From assembly GCF_003991155.1 (NCBI RefSeq), contig NZ_CP031293.1: DNA of 64,000 nucleotides; one strand, 5' to 3'. This DNA is from Escherichia coli (GTDB lineage Bacteria; Pseudomonadota; Gammaproteobacteria; Enterobacterales; Enterobacteriaceae). Shown piece by piece: positions 42,325 to 53,951 of the stretch. The notes below the pieces were generated by a model. It was given only the letters and a program-made list of their open reading frames with translations. It was not told the DNA's origin and made no database searches. The stretch's first letter is position 1. Every line of letters begins with the position of its first letter. The position numbers and the translations under genes were made by a program.

Positions 42325-44091
42325 TTAGTAAGTACGAATCTTCGGCGGGAATGCCGGGCGCAGTTTCGGTTCCATGTTGACGCTTCGGCGCGTCATGGAT
42401 TCCGACTCTGGCAGATACAGGGAGTGGCACAGCCAGTTTTCATCATCGCGATCCGGGAAGTCGAAGCGGCTATGCGCGCCACGGCTTTCGGTACGGAAGT
42501 TGGCAGAAACAGCCGTTGCATACGCCGTTTCCATCAGGTTATCCAGTTCCAGGCACTCAACGCGCTGGGTGTTGAACTCGCTGGAAGTGTCATCCAGACG
42601 GGCATTTTTCAGACGCTCGCGGATAACTTTCAACTGCTCAAGCCCTTTCGCCATCGCATCACCTTCACGGAAGACCGAGAAGTTATGCTGCATACATTCT
42701 TGCAGTGCTTTACGGATCGCCACCGGATCTTCACCGTTACGGTTGTTGTTCCAGCGATTCAGACGATCCAGAGACGCTTCTACATCAGACTCGCTGGCAT
42801 CGCGCAGTGCGCCCTGCTCGGCAATAGACTCTTGCAGATGCAGACCCGCTGCGCGACCAAAGACCACCAGGTCCAGCAGCGAGTTGCCGCCCAGACGGTT
42901 AGCGCCGTGTACCGATACACAAGCGATTTCACCAACGGCAAACAGCCCCGGAACAACCACATCTTCGCCTTTCTCGTTCACAGTCAGCGCCTGACCGGTC
43001 ACTTTGGTCGGAATACCGCCCATCATGTAGTGACAGGTTGGGATAACCGGAATCGGCTCTTTCACCGGATCAACGTGAGCGAAGGTACGGGAGAGTTCCA
43101 GAATACCCGGCAGACGGGATTCGAGAACTTCTTTACCCAGGTGATCGAGTTTCAGTTTCGCGTGTGGCCCCCACGGACCATCACAGCCGCGACCTTCACG
43201 GATTTCGATCATGATGGAACGCGCCACCACATCACGGCCCGCCAGGTCTTTGGCGTTCGGCGCATAACGCTCCATAAAGCGTTCGCCATGTTTGTTCAGC
43301 AGATAACCGCCTTCACCACGGCAACCTTCGGTGACCAGTACGCCCGCACCGGCAATACCGGTCGGGTGGAACTGCCACATTTCCATATCCTGTACCGGTA
43401 CGCCTGCACGGATAGCCATGCCGACACCGTCGCCAGTGTTAATGTGGGCGTTGGTGGTGGACTGATAAATACGCCCTGCCCCGCCAGTCGCCAGCACTGT
43501 CGCGCGAGCTTTAAAGTAAACCACTTCACCAGTTTCGATGCACAGTGCGGTACAACCGACCACTGCGCCATCCTGGTTTTTCACCAGATCCAGCGCATAC
43601 CACTCGGAGAAAATGGTGGTGTGGTTTTTCAGGTTCTGCTGATAAAGCGTGTGCAACAGTGCGTGACCGGTACGGTCAGCTGCCGCCGCAGTACGTGCCG
43701 CCTGCTCGCCGCCGAAGTTTTTCGACTGACCGCCAAACGGACGTTGATAGATACGACCATCATCAAGACGCGAGAACGGCAGGCCCATATGTTCCAGTTC
43801 CAGAATCGCTTCCGGCCCGGTTTTACACATATATTCAATCGCGTCCTGGTCACCGATATAGTCCGACCCTTTTACGGTGTCGTACATATGCCATTCCCAG
43901 TTATCTTCATGGGTATTACCCAGCGCAACGGTAATGCCGCCTTGCGCAGAAACGGTATGGGAACGGGTCGGGAAGACTTTAGAGAGCAGCGCACAGGTCT
44001 GACCGCTCTGGGAAATTTGCAGCGCCGCGCGCATACCTGCGCCACCGGCACCAATCACAACTGCATCAAATTCTCTGACTGGCAATTTCAT
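42325..44091 (-). CDS. sdhA: Succinate dehydrogenase flavoprotein subunit
   Basis: ORF-track frame extends to 44103; start set to [19 protein letters not shown] (588 aa as in E. coli), ATG overlapping the sdhD stop by 1 nt. Confidence 0.95.
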   Translation of the reverse strand: MKLPVREFDAVVIGAGGAGMRAALQISQSGQTCALLSKVFPTRSHTVSAQGGITVALGNTHEDNWEWHMYDTVKGSDYIGDQDAIEYMCKTGPEAILELEHMGLPFSRLDDGRIYQRPFGGQSKNFGGEQAARTAAAADRTGHALLHTLYQQNLKNHTTIFSEWYALDLVKNQDGAVVGCTALCIETGEVVYFKARATVLATGGAGRIYQSTTNAHINTGDGVGMAIRAGVPVQDMEMWQFHPTGIAGAGVLVTEGCRGEGGYLLNKHGERFMERYAPNAKDLAGRDVVARSIMIEIREGRGCDGPWGPHAKLKLDHLGKEVLESRLPGILELSRTFAHVDPVKEPIPVIPTCHYMMGGIPTKVTGQALTVNEKGEDVVVPGLFAVGEIACVSVHGANRLGGNSLLDLVVFGRAAGLHLQESIAEQGALRDASESDVEASLDRLNRWNNNRNGEDPVAIRKALQECMQHNFSVFREGDAMAKGLEQLKVIRERLKNARLDDTSSEFNTQRVECLELDNLMETAYATAVSANFRTESRGAHSRFDFPDRDDENWLCHSLYLPESESMTRRSVNMEPKLRPAFPPKIRTY

Positions 44092-44438
44092 CACACACCC
44101 CACACCACAACGAATCCATAAATCACGTAAACCACCAGAGCAACGACAATCACCAGTTGCAGCATCAGGCGCAAGGCCAGCGGTTTAACGTAGTCGGTCA
44201 ACACCTGCCACATGCCGATCCAGGCATGGATCAAGATAGAAAACAGCGCCAGCAGGGTGAACACTTTGGTGAACGCAGAGGCGAAGAAACCAATCCAGAC
44301 TTCATATGTCAGCTCGCCACTGGTAGCGAAAAAACCGACCATATAAATGATGTAGAGCGTCAGGACGATAGCGGTAGCGCGAACGAGGATGAAATCATGT
44401 ACGCCATTGCGTCCTAATGCGGAGGCGTTGCTTACCAT
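44091..44438 (-). CDS. sdhD: Succinate dehydrogenase hydrophobic membrane anchor subunit
   Basis: 115-aa ORF matching E. coli SdhD. Confidence 0.95.
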
Positions 44439-44821
44439 ACGAGGACTCCTGCGAGAAGTGAAAGCACGACAGTAATAACAAAGGAGATTTTGGCGGAGCG
44501 TTTACCCGCTTCGAATGTTTCTTCCAGATAGCCAAAATCCATCATCATGTGGCGAATACCTACGACGACGTGATATGCCAGAGCGGTAAGGATGCCCCAC
44601 ATGATAAATTTGACGAAGAAGCTGCCCATAATCGCAGAAGCTTGCTCGAAACCTTCAGGGGAAGAGAGGCTGGTACCCAGAAGCCACAGCAGGATGCCCA
44701 CTGCAACAAAGGTGATCACACCGGAAACGCGATGGAGAATGGACGCTATCGCCGTGACGGGGAACCGAATGGTCTGTAGGTCCAGATTAACAGGTCTTTG
44801 TTTTTTCACATTTCTTATCAT
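44432..44821 (-). CDS. sdhC: Succinate dehydrogenase cytochrome b556 subunit
   Basis: ORF-track frame extends to 44836; start set to [15 protein letters not shown] (129 aa as in E. coli SdhC). Confidence 0.9.
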
Positions 44822-45529
44822 GAATAACGCCCACATGCTGTTCTTATTATTCCCTGGGGACTACGGGCACAGAGGTTAACTTTCTGTTACCTGGAGACGT
44901 CGGGATTTCCTTCCTCCGGTCTGCTTGCGGGTCAGACAGCGTCCTTTCTATAACTGCGCGTCATGCAAAACACTGCTTCCAGATGCGAAAACGACACGTT
45001 ACAACGCTGGGTGGCTCGGGATTGCAGGGTGTTCCGGAGACCTGGCGGCAGTATAGGCCGTTCACAAAATCATTACAATTAACCTACATATAGTTTGTCG
45101 GGTTTTATCCTGAACAGTGATCCAGGTCACGATAACAACATTTATTTAATTTTTAATCATCTAATTTGACAATCATTCAACAAAGTTGTTACAAACATTA
45201 CCAGGAAAAGCATATAATGCGTAAAAGTTATGAAGTCGGTATTTCACCTAAGATTAACTTATGTAACAGTGTGGAAGTATTGACCAATTCATTCGGGACA
45301 GTTATTAGTGGTAGACAAGTTTAATAATTCGGATTGCTAAGTACTTGATTCGCCATTTATTCGTCATCAATGGATCCTTTACCTGCAAGCGCCCAGAGCT
45401 CTGTACCCAGGTTTTCCCCTCTTTCACAGAGCGGCGAGCCAAATAACAAACGGGTAAAGCCAGGTTGATGTGCGAAGGCAAATTTAAGTTCCGGCAGTCT
45501 TACGCAATAAGGCGCTAAGGAGACCTTAA
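44822..45529. promoter_or_regulatory. Divergent gltA / sdhCDAB-sucABCD promoter region
   Basis: About 700-bp AT-rich intergenic region between divergently oriented sdhC and gltA. The equivalent K-12 region is known to carry both promoters with ArcA/CRP/Fur-type control; individual sites were not mapped. Confidence 0.6.
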
Positions 45530-46813
45530 ATGGCTGATACAAAAGCAAAACTCACCCTCAACGGGGACACAGCTGTTGAACTGGATGTGCTGAAAGGCAC
45601 GCTGGGTCAAGATGTTATTGATATCCGTACTCTCGGTTCAAAAGGTGTGTTCACCTTTGACCCAGGCTTCACTTCAACCGCATCCTGCGAATCTAAAATT
45701 ACTTTTATTGATGGTGATGAAGGTATTTTGCTGCACCGCGGTTTCCCGATCGATCAGCTGGCGACCGATTCTAACTACCTGGAAGTTTGTTACATCCTGC
45801 TGAATGGTGAAAAACCAACTCAGGAACAGTATGACGAATTTAAAACTACGGTGACCCGTCATACCATGATCCACGAGCAGATTACCCGTCTGTTCCATGC
45901 TTTCCGTCGCGACTCGCATCCAATGGCAGTCATGTGTGGTATTACCGGCGCGCTGGCGGCGTTCTATCACGACTCGCTGGATGTTAACAATCCTCGTCAT
46001 CGTGAAATTGCCGCGTTCCGCCTGCTGTCGAAAATGCCGACCATGGCCGCGATGTGTTACAAGTATTCCATTGGTCAGCCATTCGTTTACCCGCGCAACG
46101 ATCTCTCCTATGCCGGTAACTTCCTGAATATGATGTTCTCCACGCCGTGCGAACCGTATGAAGTTAATCCGATTCTGGAACGTGCTATGGACCGTATTCT
46201 GATCCTGCACGCTGACCATGAACAGAACGCCTCTACCTCCACCGTGCGTACCGCTGGCTCTTCGGGGGCGAACCCGTTTGCCTGTATCGCAGCAGGTATT
46301 GCTTCACTGTGGGGACCTGCGCACGGTGGTGCTAACGAAGCGGCGCTGAAAATGCTGGAAGAAATCAGTTCCGTTAAACACATTCCGGAATTTGTTCGTC
46401 GTGCGAAAGACAAAAATGACTCTTTCCGCCTGATGGGCTTCGGCCACCGCGTGTACAAAAATTACGACCCGCGCGCCACCGTAATGCGTGAAACCTGCCA
46501 TGAAGTTCTGAAAGAGCTGGGCACCAAAGATGACCTGCTGGAAGTGGCTATGGAGCTGGAAAACATCGCGCTGAACGACCCGTACTTTATCGAGAAAAAA
46601 CTGTACCCGAACGTCGATTTCTACTCTGGTATCATCCTGAAAGCGATGGGTATTCCGTCTTCTATGTTCACCGTGATCTTCGCGATGGCGCGTACCGTTG
46701 GCTGGATCGCCCACTGGAGCGAAATGCACAGTGACGGTATGAAGATTGCCCGTCCGCGTCAGCTTTACACCGGCTACGCGCAGCGTGATTTTAAGTCGGA
46801 TATTAAGAAGTAA
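45530..46813 (+). CDS. gltA: Citrate synthase (type II)
   Basis: 427-aa ORF matching E. coli GltA. Confidence 0.95.
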   Translation: MADTKAKLTLNGDTAVELDVLKGTLGQDVIDIRTLGSKGVFTFDPGFTSTASCESKITFIDGDEGILLHRGFPIDQLATDSNYLEVCYILLNGEKPTQEQYDEFKTTVTRHTMIHEQITRLFHAFRRDSHPMAVMCGITGALAAFYHDSLDVNNPRHREIAAFRLLSKMPTMAAMCYKYSIGQPFVYPRNDLSYAGNFLNMMFSTPCEPYEVNPILERAMDRILILHADHEQNASTSTVRTAGSSGANPFACIAAGIASLWGPAHGGANEAALKMLEEISSVKHIPEFVRRAKDKNDSFRLMGFGHRVYKNYDPRATVMRETCHEVLKELGTKDDLLEVAMELENIALNDPYFIEKKLYPNVDFYSGIILKAMGIPSSMFTVIFAMARTVGWIAHWSEMHSDGMKIARPRQLYTGYAQRDFKSDIKK

Positions 46814-46830
46814 AAATGACACCGACAAAA

Positions 46831-46855
46831 CCCTGCGTGTTCACGCAGGGTTTTT
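46831..46855. terminator. Intrinsic terminator hairpin (ccctgcgtg-ttca-cgcaggg + T5) after gltA; A-run on the other side makes it plausibly bidirectional for the convergent TRAP operon
   Basis: Seen directly: aaaa-ccctgcgtgttcacgcaggg-ttttt. Confidence 0.7.
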
Positions 46856-46859
46856 AGTT

Positions 46860-48170
46860 CTACACCAACAGCAAAGATATTGCCGGGATATAGGTAATAA
46901 CCAACAGCAGTAAAATAAGACTAACCAGTAGTGGCACCGCTTCTCGCATAAATTGCCCGACAGAAACCTGCACGGTATTACATACCAGCAGCATCACCGT
47001 TCCGACAGGCGGTGATAACGTTCCTAACGATAAGTTGAGGATCATGATGATGCCAAAATGCACCGGATCAATGCCAAAATGAGCCACCACAGGTTTAAGT
47101 AATGGAACTAATATCAGCAGGATGGCACTACCTTCAAGAAACATGCCAAGCACCAGCAGCAATAGATTGATAATCAATAAAAAGACGTATTTATTATCAG
47201 TCAGAGATGTCACAAACTCCGCAACCGTGATACCTGCCCGCTCAAGGGAAAATATCCAGCCCAGCGCGGCACTCGCCATAATGATTAACATGACCGATGC
47301 CGTCGAACGCGCCGTCTCTGAGAGTGCTGTAAATACATGGCTGATTTTCAGTTCGCGATAAATTACAAAACCAATAAACATCACCAATAATACTGCTACG
47401 GCTCCAGCTTCCGTTGGCGTAAAGATATTTGCCCGAATACCACCGATAACCGCAACAATTAAGAACAGTGCTGGCCAGGCCTGCACCAGCGCCACTGACA
47501 CTTCTTTCGGTTTTGGCCAGTGTTCGCTGGAAGGTTTTAAACCGCGCCGAATAGCTACCAGCCATACAGTGACAATCAACATGGCGGAACACAGCAGACC
47601 GGGCAGGATCCCGGCCATAAACATGGAGCCGATGGAGACATCCGCCACCAGTCCGTAAAGGATCAGTGCAATACCCGGTGGAATAATTGGTGTAATCAGC
47701 GAACCACTTGCCGTTATCGCCGCCGCAAAGCCACGGGAATAACCTTTCTGTTCCATTTCCGGCACCATCATGCGCGATAACATCGCAGCATCCGCCAGGT
47801 TTGAGGCGCTAACGCCGCCCATCATGGTACTGACCAGAATATTAGCCCCACCCAGACCACCGCGCATTCTGCCAATCAACACGTTGGCAATTTGCAAAAT
47901 ACGCGCGGCAATACCGGTATAGCTCATTAACGTGCCTAATAAGATAAAAAATGGAATAGCTAACAGCGAAGGGGTTTGCGTCGTGGCAATCAAACGCTGA
48001 ATTGCTACCATTAACGGCACATTTGAATAGCAAAGGAAGTAGGTCAGAATGCCGCAAAACATCGCCAGCCATACCGGCATATTGATAAATAAACAGATGA
48101 ACATAAGCGGAATGATCATTAGCCAGTTATCCAGCCAGCTTCCCGCCAGTAATTCACTCAATGCTGTCAT
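46860..48170 (-). CDS. TRAP transporter large permease subunit (DctM family)
   Basis: 436-aa polytopic membrane protein; ATGA overlap with the upstream small-permease gene; family call from size, hydrophobicity and the DctP/Q/M gene triad. Confidence 0.85.
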   Translation of the reverse strand: MTALSELLAGSWLDNWLMIIPLMFICLFINMPVWLAMFCGILTYFLCYSNVPLMVAIQRLIATTQTPSLLAIPFFILLGTLMSYTGIAARILQIANVLIGRMRGGLGGANILVSTMMGGVSASNLADAAMLSRMMVPEMEQKGYSRGFAAAITASGSLITPIIPPGIALILYGLVADVSIGSMFMAGILPGLLCSAMLIVTVWLVAIRRGLKPSSEHWPKPKEVSVALVQAWPALFLIVAVIGGIRANIFTPTEAGAVAVLLVMFIGFVIYRELKISHVFTALSETARSTASVMLIIMASAALGWIFSLERAGITVAEFVTSLTDNKYVFLLIINLLLLVLGMFLEGSAILLILVPLLKPVVAHFGIDPVHFGIIMILNLSLGTLSPPVGTVMLLVCNTVQVSVGQFMREAVPLLVSLILLLLVITYIPAISLLLV

Positions 48171-48631
48171 TATTCACCTTCCTTGCGTGGCGTTTTCTTG
48201 ATCAGGTGTAAGGCAGTAAAACAGGCGATACCGATTGCACCAACCGTGACCGCAATATCGATCCAAAACCAGGATATTTTTAATATTTGCGTGGTTTTAA
48301 ATGCTGTTCCGGCAGCTAATTTCCATGCTGACCAAGCCATCACACTCAGTAAAACAATAGATATCAGAGAGACAAATAACGTTAAAACACGTTGCACGCG
48401 TGGTGTCAGTGCATCAGCTAAAAATGGAATCGACAAATGGGTATTATCCCGCTCGGCAACGACCGCACCAAACATGACTACCCAAATCATTAATAAACCG
48501 GAAACCTCTTCTGTCCACTGTAATGGCATATGAAAACAGTAACGCATTATTACCGCAGCAATGGTCATGATTACCAATATAAAGAGCGTTAATACCGCAG
48601 CAACTTCAATCATTTTCCCTAAAAGACGCAT
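48170..48631 (-). CDS. TRAP transporter small permease subunit (DctQ family)
   Basis: ORF-track frame extends to 48667; start set to the internal Met (MRLLGKMIEVAAV...) with an AGAGG SD; start is uncertain. Four predicted TM segments. Confidence 0.75.
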   Translation of the reverse strand: MRLLGKMIEVAAVLTLFILVIMTIAAVIMRYCFHMPLQWTEEVSGLLMIWVVMFGAVVAERDNTHLSIPFLADALTPRVQRVLTLFVSLISIVLLSVMAWSAWKLAAGTAFKTTQILKISWFWIDIAVTVGAIGIACFTALHLIKKTPRKEGE

Positions 48632-48690
48632 AAACACCTCTGCTCTTAACGGTCGGTGCCGAAACACCGACCAGTCCTTATGCCATGAAG

Positions 48691-49659
48691 TTATTTCAGC
48701 TGTTGCTGAATAGTGTCATACAAACCAGGGGTCCATTCCGGGAATTGTTGATAGACTTTTAAGGCTTTTTCTTTGAAAGGGGCGACGTCAGGATAGATAA
48801 TTTCCACGCCCTGCTCCTGCATGGTTTTCAACATTGTCGCATCCTGCTCAGTGGTAATTTTCTGGCTATATAAACCAGCTTCATACGCTGTCTGGTGAAT
48901 AATATCTAACTGCGCAGGTGTCAGGGTACTGAAAAACGCTTCACCACCCAACCATAATGATGTATTGGTCAGATAGTTCACCATTGACAGATATTTCGCC
49001 TGCTCATGCAGTTTTTGCCCATACAGAACAGAAACCGGGTTTTCCACACCATCGATCATCCCCTGCGTCAGCGCCGGATAAACGTCTCCCAGCGGCATTG
49101 GCGTTGGGGTTGCGCCCATTGCTTCAATGGCTTTAATCTGCATAACGTTATTCGGCACGCGGATCTTCATCCCTTTCAGGTCTTCAGGTGTACGAATCGG
49201 TTTTTTAGCAATGATCTGCCTGGTACCGTACAGATAGTTGCTCATGACAATATGCACACCTTTTTCCCGTAGTTTCTGTTCTTTTTGTTTAAACCAGTCA
49301 CTGGCATAAATCGCAAACAGTTTCTGCGGATCTTCGGTTAAATAAGGCCCAAACAATATTCCCAGGTCTGCATCGTAGTCAGTTAAAAATCCCACATCAC
49401 TGATGGTGATAATATTCATCCCCATCAACGCTTGTTCAGTAATATCTTGTTTAGAACCTAACTGTGAACTTGGGTAAAGTTCGAAAACAATATCTCCATT
49501 GCTTTTTTTCTTCACAAGTTCTGCCCAGTGCTTCACTACTGTATCCGCTGGCTCGCCGGGGTTACTTTCATAGGCGATTTTGATAGTTACCGGTGCGGCA
49601 TTCAGCATCGGACTAAATAAAGCGAAAAGAAATAAAAGTGGTGTCAGTAATTTTTTCAT
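48691..49659 (-). CDS. TRAP transporter substrate-binding protein (DctP family), signal peptide present
   Basis: 322-aa ORF with N-terminal signal peptide MKKLLTPLLFLFALFSPMLNA and DctP-like length and composition. Confidence 0.85.
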   Translation of the reverse strand: MKKLLTPLLFLFALFSPMLNAAPVTIKIAYESNPGEPADTVVKHWAELVKKKSNGDIVFELYPSSQLGSKQDITEQALMGMNIITISDVGFLTDYDADLGILFGPYLTEDPQKLFAIYASDWFKQKEQKLREKGVHIVMSNYLYGTRQIIAKKPIRTPEDLKGMKIRVPNNVMQIKAIEAMGATPTPMPLGDVYPALTQGMIDGVENPVSVLYGQKLHEQAKYLSMVNYLTNTSLWLGGEAFFSTLTPAQLDIIHQTAYEAGLYSQKITTEQDATMLKTMQEQGVEIIYPDVAPFKEKALKVYQQFPEWTPGLYDTIQQQLK

Positions 49660-49686
49660 TATTATTACCTGTAAGAGCTTTATCGA

Positions 49687-50883
49687 TTAACGGGGATCTG
49701 CCCGACAGACTGCACTTTTGCTGTAATCAAATGCTTTATACGTTAAAACAAACTCCTGATGTTCCAGTCGTTCTGCGGCACAATATTGACCGTTGGCGAC
49801 ATGTTCAATCACCTGCATAATATCGTCTGCAATATCGTCGAGCGTTGCGCCTTCGCTAATTACACGACCGGCATTAACGTCCATATCGTCAGATAAATGC
49901 TCCCACGTCTGCGGGTTATTACACACTTTAATAATAGGAGCGATCACTGAACCAATAACTGAACCGCGACCTGTGGTAAATAACACCATATGACAGCCAG
50001 AGGCGATAAGTTCCAGTGCTTCTGAGGAATCGTTAATATTCGGATACCCAAAACGAGGTTCACCATCAGGCACCACGTCCATCAACCAAAGCCCAGGAAA
50101 GGGCGTTTGTTGCGTCGGCAAAATAACGCCAGCAATCAGCGCATCGCCCGACTTGGTATAAGCCCCAAGGGATTTTTCTTCCTGAGTGGTTAAGCCGCCT
50201 TCAGCATTACCATTAGAAAAACTCCCCAGCCCCATCAAACTGTAATAACGTTCGGCTTTTGCCATTGCCACTTCGATGGCATCACGTGCCTGCGAACTAG
50301 CCGCGCGCGACATCATATGCTGCTCACAACCAAGCAACTCACCGCTTTCTTCAAAAATACAGGTAGCCCCTTTCTCCAGCAGTTGGTCAAAGGCACGTCC
50401 TACTGCCGGGTTACCCGTGATACCACTGGTGCCATCGGAGCCACCGCAGATAGTACCAACCACCAGGTCGCTCCAGTTCAGGATACAACGCGGTGTATCC
50501 GCAAGCTGTTCCAGCATTTCAGCGACCAACTGCTTACCCAGAGTAATGGTGTTGGTCGTGCCTTTATTTTCCTGAATGACCAGCGTATGGCACGGTCGCC
50601 CACTTTCTCGTACTTCTTGCTCCAGCCGACGGCGATCAAAATTCTCGCACCCCAGCGAAATAATCAGTACACCACCTACGTTGCTATGAATCGCCAGATT
50701 TTTTACCAGACGATAGCCATAATCGCTGGGATAACAACCTGAAAAACCAAAATACTGCACGTCGTGACAAGGAAATCCTTCGGCAATCTTTTTAGCGACA
50801 TGGCTGGCACACTCCACCATAAAGATTACCTGCACAGTATTACGAATACCCGGTCGACCATTTTGCCGTACATAACCTTCCAT
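49687..50883 (-). CDS. UxaA-family (altronate dehydratase / SuyB-like) dehydratase, large subunit
   Basis: 398-aa ORF starting MEGYVRQNGRPGIRNTVQVIFMVECASHVA, resembling the C-terminal catalytic portion of UxaA/GarD-type dehydratases; ATGA overlap with the upstream SAF-domain gene. Confidence 0.75.
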   Translation of the reverse strand: MEGYVRQNGRPGIRNTVQVIFMVECASHVAKKIAEGFPCHDVQYFGFSGCYPSDYGYRLVKNLAIHSNVGGVLIISLGCENFDRRRLEQEVRESGRPCHTLVIQENKGTTNTITLGKQLVAEMLEQLADTPRCILNWSDLVVGTICGGSDGTSGITGNPAVGRAFDQLLEKGATCIFEESGELLGCEQHMMSRAASSQARDAIEVAMAKAERYYSLMGLGSFSNGNAEGGLTTQEEKSLGAYTKSGDALIAGVILPTQQTPFPGLWLMDVVPDGEPRFGYPNINDSSEALELIASGCHMVLFTTGRGSVIGSVIAPIIKVCNNPQTWEHLSDDMDVNAGRVISEGATLDDIADDIMQVIEHVANGQYCAAERLEHQEFVLTYKAFDYSKSAVCRADPR

Positions 50884-51194
50884 TATGCTTTTTCCTCTGG
50901 CTGATAGCCGGCATCATCATGATGAAAAATGGCGATGGCATTGCTGGCAAGATTATGGGAATGCACATGTTCACCCATGGCAATATCGCGAGTGGCGTGT
51001 CCGATAATGGCGCCGTATTTCAGAATCGAATCACCATTGTTCAGCGCTTCGCAGGCCAGTTTGTGACCCAGGGTAACGGAACTACAGGCCACCATTTCCC
51101 CCTCATCCCACCAGACAATATCGCCACTGGCGATGTCATTCAGCGCGACTACACAGTTATCTTTGGCATGTAGCTTTAACGCACGTTTGCGCAT
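50883..51194 (-). CDS. UxaA-family dehydratase small subunit (SAF domain; SuyA-like)
   Basis: ORF-track frame extends to 51299; start set to MRKRALKLHAKDNCVVAL (GGAGG SD 4 nt upstream). Sequence resembles the N-terminal SAF domain of UxaA/GarD, giving a split two-subunit dehydratase. Confidence 0.7.
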   Translation of the reverse strand: MRKRALKLHAKDNCVVALNDIASGDIVWWDEGEMVACSSVTLGHKLACEALNNGDSILKYGAIIGHATRDIAMGEHVHSHNLASNAIAIFHHDDAGYQPEEKA

Positions 51195-51208
51195 AATTCC
51201 TCCGTACA

Positions 51209-51964
51209 TCAGAAGCCGATCAATGCGCCGCCATCCACCACCAGCACCTGACCACTGACAAATGCCGCTGCGTCTGAAGCCAGATAAACCGCAGCCCAAC
51301 CGATATCTTCCGGCTTGCCGAATTTTTTCATCGGTGTCCGCCCCAGGATTTTGTTACGGCGTTCGTCATCACCTTCAATGGCCTTACGCAACATTGGTGT
51401 ATCGATCCAGCCTGGCGCAATACCGTTGACGCGAATCCCATGAACGGCAAGCTCCGTGGTCATACCGCGAATCATGCCGAGATAGGCTGACTTCGCTGCG
51501 CTGTAGCCAGTAACCAGAGGCTGCCCAAGAAATGAGGTCATCGATGCAGTAAAAAGCACACAGCCTTGACCGCGTTGTTTCATATGCGGCACCAGCGCTT
51601 TGGTTAACGCAAATGCGCCGACTACGTGAACGTCGAGTACTGACTCAAAATCACTGACGCTCATCTCTTCAATCGGTTTTTTGCAGTGATTGCCTGCGTT
51701 ATTGACCAGGATATCGATAGCCCCGTGTTCGCTAATAAGCGCATCAACTTTTTCCTGCGCGGCTGCGGTATCCCCGACATCCATTTGTATCCAACTGGCC
51801 TGCGACCCCAATGTTCCGGCGGTCGCTTGCGCCAGCTCGCCGTTCAGGTCAGCAATAATGACCTTCGCCCCGCTGACTATCATGCATTTCGCCATTGCCA
51901 GCCCCAGCCCACTGGCTGCACCGGTGATCAACGCGGTTTTGTTATGTAAAGAAAAAGCATTCAT
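51209..51964 (-). CDS. Short-chain dehydrogenase/reductase (SDR) family oxidoreductase
   Basis: 251-aa ORF with TGAASGLG cofactor-binding motif, NNAG, and catalytic YSAAK. Confidence 0.85.
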   Translation of the reverse strand: MNAFSLHNKTALITGAASGLGLAMAKCMIVSGAKVIIADLNGELAQATAGTLGSQASWIQMDVGDTAAAQEKVDALISEHGAIDILVNNAGNHCKKPIEEMSVSDFESVLDVHVVGAFALTKALVPHMKQRGQGCVLFTASMTSFLGQPLVTGYSAAKSAYLGMIRGMTTELAVHGIRVNGIAPGWIDTPMLRKAIEGDDERRNKILGRTPMKKFGKPEDIGWAAVYLASDAAAFVSGQVLVVDGGALIGF

Positions 51965-51975
51965 GGTGTCGCTCC

Positions 51976-52989
51976 TTAAAGGTCAATGAGGATTTTGGTA
52001 TACGCGCCGGGATCACTTGCCCAGTCGCTAAAAGCATGATCAGCCTGTTCCAGCGGGTAGTGAGCACTCACCAGATTGCTGACCGGATAACGCCCGGACT
52101 CCATCAATGCCAGCACGGCACGAAAATCCGCCACGGTGGCATTGCGCGAACCACGGATATCCAGTTCTTTCATCAGGAACTGCGCACTCTGATAACTCAC
52201 TGGCTGTTTGGCGTAACCGACATAAACCACACGACCGCTAAACGCCACCAACCCTGTAGCCTGTTCAATGGTTTGTTGATTACCCACCGCTTCAATCACC
52301 ACTTCCGGGCCGCGACCGTCATTTAACAGCACCAGTTCTGCCGCCACGTCACATTGCTGCGAATTAAGAAAACGTTGCGCACCGCATTCCAGGGCAATGT
52401 TCTGCTTGCGATCATCAATATCGATAGCAATTACGCGCGCCCCCATGGCGGATGCCGCGGCGATAGCGCCAAGGCCAATTACCCCACAACCGATAACTGC
52501 GACCCATTCACCCACATTAATTTGCGCACGTCTGGCCGCATGTAGTCCCACGGCCAGCGGTTCTACCAGCGCTAACTCATCAACACTTAAGGCATTACAG
52601 ACAATGACTTTATGTGCAGGCATCGTCAGTTGTTGCGCCATCCCCCCCTGACGTTGCACACCAAGAGTTTGGTTGTTTTTACAGGCGTTAGGACGACCGC
52701 TCAGACAGGAGCTGCACACGCCACACTCAGTGCAAGGCAGAACGACCACCCGGTCACCTGGCTTGATCGCCCCTGCCATATCGCCAGTTGCCAGCACCGT
52801 GCCGCCAATTTCATGCCCCGGAATACAGGGATAATTAACCAGCGGATTCAGTCCCCGCCATGTATTGAGGTCAGAACCACACAGTCCGACACGCTCAACA
52901 TTGATTAGCACTTCTCCTTTACCGCAGACAGGTTCGGGGATATCAACAAATCGCGCCTGACTTCCCTGCTCAATGGTTAATGCCTTCAT
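51976..52989 (-). CDS. Zinc-dependent medium-chain alcohol/polyol dehydrogenase (MDR family)
   Basis: 337-aa ORF with GHE.G zinc-site motif, structural-zinc Cys cluster (CTECGVCSSCLSGRPNAC) and GCGVIGLG Rossmann motif. Confidence 0.85.
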   Translation of the reverse strand: MKALTIEQGSQARFVDIPEPVCGKGEVLINVERVGLCGSDLNTWRGLNPLVNYPCIPGHEIGGTVLATGDMAGAIKPGDRVVVLPCTECGVCSSCLSGRPNACKNNQTLGVQRQGGMAQQLTMPAHKVIVCNALSVDELALVEPLAVGLHAARRAQINVGEWVAVIGCGVIGLGAIAAASAMGARVIAIDIDDRKQNIALECGAQRFLNSQQCDVAAELVLLNDGRGPEVVIEAVGNQQTIEQATGLVAFSGRVVYVGYAKQPVSYQSAQFLMKELDIRGSRNATVADFRAVLALMESGRYPVSNLVSAHYPLEQADHAFSDWASDPGAYTKILIDL

Positions 52990-53001
52990 TCATTGCTCTC
53001 C

Positions 53002-53688
53002 TTACATTACGCCGAAGGTTTCAAAGGCCTGTACCGTGCTCATGCCATCACTGATGGCTTTGCGCACTTCACTTTCAGTTGCCACTTTTTCCAGGGCCTG
53101 GGTAATAACTTCTTTCTCAACAACCTGGGGAATAATCAGTAATCCATCACGATCACCAAACACGATATCGCCCGGATTCACCCGCACGCCGTGAAATTCA
53201 ATAGGTACGCCGAAGTCGATGACCTTGCCGCGCGGACCTTGATCTTGTGCGTAAGTGCCATGACAAAAGGTGGGAAATTTCAATTCAAGAATTTCAGCAG
53301 AGTCACGGGCGTAACCATCGAGTACCGCACCTGCTGCTTTCAGATGCATGGCACGGGTAGACATCAACCCGCCCCACAAGGCATAGCGCAGAGAGCTGCC
53401 CGTAGTGATGTAAACATCGTTCTCTTTGAGGGCATCCAGCGCTTCAAACATGATGCCAAACGGTTTTTCGCCAATCGCCGTCTTACCCGACGTCGATTTG
53501 GTTTCGTAAACGTCCGACTCCAGCACCGGCATTGCCCGGCCTGCCACCACCGTATTCACATCCAGCGGCTTGATTGCCGGAGAAACAAACTGGTGCATAT
53601 AGCCCAGCGTGTCGAGAATATCGCCAACCACGGCGGTAAATAGCCGGGTTTTCATCAAAGCAAAAAGTTCGTTATCACTCTTCCACAT
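53002..53688 (-). CDS. RraA-like family protein (class II 4-hydroxy-2-oxoacid aldolase / RraA fold)
   Basis: ORF-track frame extends to 53745 (apparent GTG start); first ATG at 53688 chosen (228 aa). Family call from overall resemblance to RraA/HMG-CHA aldolase proteins; moderate certainty. Confidence 0.65.
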   Translation of the reverse strand: MWKSDNELFALMKTRLFTAVVGDILDTLGYMHQFVSPAIKPLDVNTVVAGRAMPVLESDVYETKSTSGKTAIGEKPFGIMFEALDALKENDVYITTGSSLRYALWGGLMSTRAMHLKAAGAVLDGYARDSAEILELKFPTFCHGTYAQDQGPRGKVIDFGVPIEFHGVRVNPGDIVFGDRDGLLIIPQVVEKEVITQALEKVATESEVRKAISDGMSTVQAFETFGVM

Positions 53689-53951
53689 TATTTTCACCCT
53701 GTAAGCCTGTTTAACAGGTTTACAGGGTAAGGAGAAAAAGCGCACAATACTGCGAAGGGCGTCACGAAAAAGTTGTGTATTTACTATTTCTTCGCCACTC
53801 TTTCACACAATATGTCTTTGATTCGCACTGCATGGCGGGCGCACAGGCGCAGTAGTCTATTGATAATCAAGGGTTCTGGAGGAAAATATGAAGGATACAG
53901 TCCCGGTATTCTGGATTTTACCGACCAGGAAAAAGTACAACAGGAGTAAAA

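Noticed and set aside
42424-44121. 565-aa plus-strand ORF
   Set aside because: Antisense to sdhA; no start context or domain signature; spurious.
45357-45548. 63-aa minus-strand ORF in the gltA-sdhC intergenic region
   Set aside because: Overlaps the gltA start and promoter region; no SD or conservation signal; this region is regulatory in K-12.
45674-46828. Minus-strand ORFs of 181, 116 and 174 aa
   Set aside because: Antisense to gltA; spurious.
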